Source: an uncultured virus (IMG/VR IMGVR_UViG_3300031625_000002)
Lineage: Duplodnaviria > Heunggongvirae > Uroviricota > Caudoviricetes
Reading direction: 5' to 3' (one strand)
Virus record (IMG/VR): IMGVR_UViG_3300031625_000002
Span: 53,011-73,010 of that record
DNA: 20,000 nt
How positions within the stretch are numbered: position 1 is the stretch's first letter; each line of letters opens with the position of its first letter. Below are positions 15,724 through 20,000 of the stretch, piece after piece. Below the pieces are notes generated by a model. The model did no database searches. It had not been told where the DNA came from and worked only from the letters and a program-made list of their open reading frames with translations. The translations under genes and the position numbers were made by a program.

Positions 15724-16025
15724 TGGAATTCCCAACAGATCCAGGGAAATCAAGAATAGAAGACACAATAGGGAAGTCTTCAATAGAAAAAAAAGAAGTC
15801 GTATCATATGTTGATACTGAACATAGTGGGCTCCCTCCTGAACATCGTCCACATCCATTGGATAGAGTCCTTGTAGATTCTTTCTCTTCGATTAGTGACT
15901 CAGAGATTAATGAATTGACTTTTTACGTTCCCATCACGGTATCATTTAAGGACGCTGCCGAAATGGCTGAAAAGATAAAATCAATTAGAACATTGTTCCC
16001 TAATTCAACCTTGGAGAAAAGATGA
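15723..16025 (+). CDS. Hypothetical protein (100 aa)
   Basis: TAATG coupling to upstream gene and ATGA coupling downstream. Confidence 0.65.
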   Translation: MEFPTDPGKSRIEDTIGKSSIEKKEVVSYVDTEHSGLPPEHRPHPLDRVLVDSFSSISDSEINELTFYVPITVSFKDAAEMAEKIKSIRTLFPNSTLEKR

Positions 16026-16300
16026 AAACATTAGACCTCAAAAAAGTAGCTGAAAAGATCGTTAATTCAGGAGGCTCTCGTAAAATGCTCATGTCATCTA
16101 AAGATTTTTGTGAGGTGTCGAAGAATAGGGATGAGCGGTTTTGGGCTGTCCATTCTTCCTTTTGGGAAGGCGGTGAGAAGTTTGTCATGGTTTGCCCATA
16201 TATTATGTTGAAAATTTTGAGCCCTCGCCCCAGACGTGTCGTAAACATGGACCCTTTCCAAGTTATAGTGAAATATTTGTCGCAAACCCCTTGGAATTAA
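16022..16300 (+). CDS. Hypothetical protein (92 aa)
   Basis: GGAG RBS, ATGA coupling. Confidence 0.65.
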   Translation: MKTLDLKKVAEKIVNSGGSRKMLMSSKDFCEVSKNRDERFWAVHSSFWEGGEKFVMVCPYIMLKILSPRPRRVVNMDPFQVIVKYLSQTPWN

Positions 16301-16372
16301 CTTTTGCTGAGATATAGTGATCACGTTGATATTTAATCCAAACAATTTCTAACTCAGATCGGAGAATATAAC

Positions 16373-17815
16373 ATGGGCCTCAAAGCACACAAGTTTGGCA
16401 CACATCCGTTTGACACAACCTACGATGTGATTGATTCCGCCACACTCCAATGCACTGACCTCAAGAAAGGGTCTAACAAGTTCTATCAGATGGAGTTACA
16501 CAAAAACGCCTCTGGTTATTGGAGGATCTTCACAGCTAACGGGCGCACAGGCTCATACTCTACCCAATTGGAGCGTATGCCTGAAGACGAGACGGCAGGA
16601 CGCGCAGAGTACGCAAAGATTTTCCGCACCAAGACCACCCGCAAGAGTCAGCCTTATACTAAGGTTGATGTTGTGAATTCCAACCTTGGAACAGATGCTG
16701 GGAACCAAGTTGTTCAATCAGACGACTTCGATCAGAAGAACATCACCGTTGCCGACACAGGCAAAAAGAATAAATCAAAGAAGGTTATTCCAATCAAGAT
16801 TTCTCAGTTGGTTTCCAGGCTCTACAGTGAAGCCGGTAACGCTTGTAAAAGCCAGCTTCATGGAAGTGTTCAAGCGAGTGAAGAGAACCCTCTTGGGACT
16901 CTTACAAAAACTCAGATTGAAGATGGTAGAGCCATTCTTCAAGAGGCGAATGCCATCTTGGTCGCTGACGCCACTCGTATTGACTCAATTGAATCTGAGG
17001 TTATCGCTATAACTGACAAGTTCTACAGCACTATTCCACAGGAAATTGCTCTTCGCCCGAAAACTAAAGCCGGAGAAGATGCCCGTGATGATTGGATGCG
17101 TGGAATTGCCCTCAACAATGCTACAATCCTTGATGATAAGTTTGATCTTCTCGACCTTCTTGGTGATGTGAAGGGAATGATGGGCGGTTTCGCCACGACA
17201 GATGAAGAAAAACGTTTGAAAGAGGCGAACTGTGAGTTTTCTGAAGTGGACAGTGCCACTTTCAAACAGGTCTGCGATCTTATTGTCAATACTCAGTCGA
17301 AGCACCACAATTGGAAGTTGAATCCAAGGCGAATTTTTTCAATGAAAAGCAAATCTCAATCAAGTCATAAAAAAACAATGGGGGAAACCGGGAATTGTCA
17401 AGAACTTTTCCATGGATCTGGATCTCAAAATATTTTGGGAATATGTAAACGAGGAATTTTAATACGTCCTCCTGGGGTCTATATTACTGGCGCGTTATTG
17501 GGAAACGGGGCTTATTTCGCTAATAATAGTACAAAATCAAGTCAATATTCTACTGGCAGATTTGGTGGATCTGGATCTTCCAATGGAAATACTTCATTTA
17601 TGTTTGTTGCCAACGTGGCTCTTGGGAAAGTGAAAAAATTAAGCAAGGGTAGCAGTTCTATTGTCAAAGCACCGAATGGTTTTGATTCTGTTATGGGGGC
17701 TGCTAATTATACAGATTGTGGATGGAGTAAACTCCTTCATGATGAATTTGTAGTTTATGATGTTAAACAGCATACTCTTGACTACTTGATTGAATTTGAA
17801 CAATCTTATAGATAG
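16373..17815 (+). CDS. Poly(ADP-ribose) polymerase-like protein: WGR + helical regulatory + catalytic domains
   Basis: WGR-like SNKFYQMEL...NGRTG...F..KT; regulatory PLGTLTKTQIEDGRAIL...TDKFYSTIP; catalytic LFHGS, I...G..I.PP, GNGAYFA, TKSSQY, VALG and HDEFVVYD (H-Y-E triad). Confidence 0.92.
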   Translation: MGLKAHKFGTHPFDTTYDVIDSATLQCTDLKKGSNKFYQMELHKNASGYWRIFTANGRTGSYSTQLERMPEDETAGRAEYAKIFRTKTTRKSQPYTKVDVVNSNLGTDAGNQVVQSDDFDQKNITVADTGKKNKSKKVIPIKISQLVSRLYSEAGNACKSQLHGSVQASEENPLGTLTKTQIEDGRAILQEANAILVADATRIDSIESEVIAITDKFYSTIPQEIALRPKTKAGEDARDDWMRGIALNNATILDDKFDLLDLLGDVKGMMGGFATTDEEKRLKEANCEFSEVDSATFKQVCDLIVNTQSKHHNWKLNPRRIFSMKSKSQSSHKKTMGETGNCQELFHGSGSQNILGICKRGILIRPPGVYITGALLGNGAYFANNSTKSSQYSTGRFGGSGSSNGNTSFMFVANVALGKVKKLSKGSSSIVKAPNGFDSVMGAANYTDCGWSKLLHDEFVVYDVKQHTLDYLIEFEQSYR

Positions 17816-17933
17816 AGAGGGATTTAACTTTAAGGGTATACTATTGACGAGAGAGAGATTTCTGGTCCAGAAGTAGAGAAGAAAAAAAATATTTTTAATC
17901 CAGAGCTTGAATCACCGAGATGAGGGGGTTATA

Positions 17934-18554
17934 TTGAAAACAGTAAGAACAACAGTGGATGGAAAGACTGAGTTTGAGATGATCGAGGAAGGTGCGGTTG
18001 TGGCGGCTTGCAAATACACTCAGGGAAACGCATCGTTCATACCAACCATTTCAAATCTTAAGGTGAAGCTAAGTGAGAGAAAGAAAGGGTACGCTCGAAA
18101 ACTAATGATGAAGATCATGGAAGGGTTTGGCCCTCCGATCCAACTACAGGCGATACCATTTAGAGATTTGGGAGAGAAACAAGATCCTATCACAGTTGAA
18201 GATCTAAGAAAATTTTATGAGTCATTGGGTTTTGAAGGATTGCCAGGAACAAAGTTTATGCTCTGGTATTTGAAAGACAATGATGAGAACATAGCCACGA
18301 AGCAATTCTCTTTGTATCTATGGGAAGCGAGACTAACGAACATCGAAGGTATCTTTGGTACAGGAAAAACTGAAAAGGAATCAATTGGAGATCTTGTTTC
18401 AAGGTATCCAGTAATTTTCGGAGTCAAGAACATTGGAAAATCAGAAGACAACGATGCTTGGGCAACTGGAGATCTTGCTTCAAGGTATCCAACAATTTTC
18501 GGAGTTAAGAACATCGGAAAATCAGAAGACAAAGAAGTGGCGGCAACTCATTAG
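17934..18554 (+). CDS. GNAT acetyltransferase with duplicated C-terminal segment
   Basis: ISNLKV...ERKKGYARKLM and LRKFYESLGF motifs; TTG 17934 follows GAGGGGG (ORF track start 17907). Confidence 0.75.
   Translation: MKTVRTTVDGKTEFEMIEEGAVVAACKYTQGNASFIPTISNLKVKLSERKKGYARKLMMKIMEGFGPPIQLQAIPFRDLGEKQDPITVEDLRKFYESLGFEGLPGTKFMLWYLKDNDENIATKQFSLYLWEARLTNIEGIFGTGKTEKESIGDLVSRYPVIFGVKNIGKSEDNDAWATGDLASRYPTIFGVKNIGKSEDKEVAATH
18386..18532 (+). repeat. Imperfect 66-nt direct repeat, period 81 nt
   Basis: 18386-18451 versus 18467-18532, 5 mismatches by eye; encodes GDLxSRYPxIFGVKNIGKSED twice. Confidence 0.9.
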
Positions 18555-18753
18555 AGTGTTAAGTGTTGAGGGAGAACTTGTTAATATTGTCATCCCTGGA
18601 TTTAGTGCCACAGAAGTGATCACCATTACAACTGATAACATTCCATCCGAAGTTTTATCAATTTTTGAACCAGACACAAGGGTTTATGCAAGAGTTAATA
18701 TTGGGGTGGAAGATTCCCAACACCTTGATTTTTCAGATTGGAGTACATCATGA
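18532..18753 (+). CDS. Hypothetical protein domain lacking a clear start (WRQLIRV...YARVNIG...LDFSDW)
   Basis: Protein-like +1 frame relative to the GNAT ORF beginning right after the repeat; no convincing RBS/start, so it may be a frameshifted continuation. Confidence 0.5.
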   Translation, partial: KKWRQLIRVLSVEGELVNIVIPGFSATEVITITTDNIPSEVLSIFEPDTRVYARVNIGVEDSQHLDFSDWSTS

Positions 18754-18914
18754 GATATAGAATAACACTCTCAAACTCCACCGTCCCCTTGATTGCCAGA
18801 AAACATTTTTCAACCAGATGCCATGTTTGCAATAGTTTGTTTACCAGACATGGTTGTTCAAATTGTCCGCCAAGTCCAAGATATAACACCAAACAAAAAA
18901 CAGGAGAGAGCAAG

Positions 18915-19562
18915 ATGCAAAAGACATTGACAGTAGCAGTGAGTGACGAAATCCACAATGGATTTGTAGCCAACGGCTGTGAATTCAGCGCCCATGACAT
19001 CACCGTTGCCATTCGTAAAAAGATCAACGCGGGCGATTTGGAGATTCACGGTCTTCCGTTTCAAGATGTTGACGGGACTCCGAATACGCAGCGTATCGAA
19101 CATGACGCTGTACGAACTGAAGTTCATGGCGTCTGTGGTGTTGATAACATCACCGGATATGCTCGCAAGTGGAACAGAACTGTCGGCTATTTTAGCTGGA
19201 CCTTAGATGCTGCCACCGATGACGATGACGATGACTTCGTAAACATTGCAACCAAGGATGGCACTTCCGTTATCTGGAATTCGCAAACACCAGCGCCCGC
19301 CCTCCCGCCAAAGACGCCGACGATCAAGGCCAATGCGGCGGCAAATCCGAATGATCATATCGTCATCGGAAAGATCCTAAACTATGTCAATGGCAGAGTT
19401 AACGATGGTGTCAACCCCACGTTGAAGGCAACACAGAGTTGCATCAAGCGTAACCCTCTTACGGTCAGACAAATCTCTGATATCGTACAGAACAATGGTT
19501 ACAAGATCAGCAATGATGGAGGAAAGGCGTACTGTTATTCCGAAATCACACCCTCAAGCTAA
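18915..19562 (+). CDS. Hypothetical protein with acidic and Pro-rich linker
   Basis: ATG 18915 after AGGAG; the frame is open from 18738 and includes an upstream CxxC..CxxC segment. Confidence 0.75.
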   Translation: MQKTLTVAVSDEIHNGFVANGCEFSAHDITVAIRKKINAGDLEIHGLPFQDVDGTPNTQRIEHDAVRTEVHGVCGVDNITGYARKWNRTVGYFSWTLDAATDDDDDDFVNIATKDGTSVIWNSQTPAPALPPKTPTIKANAAANPNDHIVIGKILNYVNGRVNDGVNPTLKATQSCIKRNPLTVRQISDIVQNNGYKISNDGGKAYCYSEITPSS

Positions 19563-19583
19563 TTCGCGGGGTCATGGTATAAT

Positions 19584-19617
19584 AAGATGAGGGCTGCGAA
19601 AGCGGTCCTCATCTTTT
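19584..19617 (+). terminator. Intrinsic terminator-like hairpin
   Basis: AAGATGAGGGCTGC-GAAA-GCGGTCCTCATCTT followed by TT. Confidence 0.75.
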
Positions 19618-19653
19618 GGTTATAACTAAACTATTGCTAATATAGGTAAATAT

Positions 19654-19953
19654 ATGGATCAGTATAGAAATCAGGTAGACCGCTTCCTCATGGCATTTAA
19701 TTCAATGAGTGCCCTGGTGAAGATTCATATGATAATGTTCGATGTATCAACTAAAACATTATCATTCTCTGTCTCATTAGAGATTTATGACAAGTATCTC
19801 AATGATGATAAGTATGGTAGCATGAACAATTTCGTTCATTTGTCTCAGGCTTTTTTCGACCAAATACACGTGATTTCGAATTCATACTTCGGTGAATCTG
19901 TTGATTGGGACGAGGTCAATCAAATAGGAATGGTAAAAGTAGCTATAAAATGA
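19654..19953 (+). CDS. Hypothetical protein (99 aa)
   Basis: AGGT RBS and ATG; protein-like composition. Confidence 0.65.
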   Translation: MDQYRNQVDRFLMAFNSMSALVKIHMIMFDVSTKTLSFSVSLEIYDKYLNDDKYGSMNNFVHLSQAFFDQIHVISNSYFGESVDWDEVNQIGMVKVAIK

Positions 19954-20000
19954 TGCAGGGGTTTTAGATTCAATTAATGAATAAATATCTTGTGGTTTAA

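Noticed and set aside
18386..18532. DGR template/variable repeat pair or mini-CRISPR
   Set aside because: Mismatches are not adenine-specific, no reverse transcriptase is present, and the copies are adjacent and in frame.

Overview
This window looks like part of a large (jumbo/huge) dsDNA bacteriophage genome using the standard code 11. Short hypothetical genes are densely packed, mostly on the + strand, behind sigma70-like promoters. A few minus-strand, late-looking genes (an MNWYKK-start protein, poly-Ser proteins) sit behind a different bipartite motif, AAGG-N19-GAA(A/T)A. Recognisable proteins are: the C-terminus of a probable Rnl2-type RNA ligase, a truncated HAD/Swiss-Army-Knife phosphatase, a large TerD-like protein, an HNH gene with an in-frame stop, a soluble AAA+/M41 protease, a split MazG-like/NadD gene, a TnsA-like nuclease, a degenerate CoaD chimera, a complete WGR-regulatory-catalytic PARP and a GNAT. 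The most striking content is non-coding. (i) A free-standing ~165-nt RNA at 1335-1498 reproduces the 23S rRNA L11/thiostrepton-binding helices H43-H44 around a structured insert. (ii) About 1.9 kb (2613-4491) lacks credible genes and holds unassigned structured RNAs plus a GOLLD-like RNA with an embedded CAT tRNA. (iii) A tandem hairpin leader with an identical 14-nt motif precedes the TerD-like gene. Many genes carry frameshifts, nonsense codons or truncations, which may be real decay or assembly error. All family calls come from motif recognition by eye; no searches were run.
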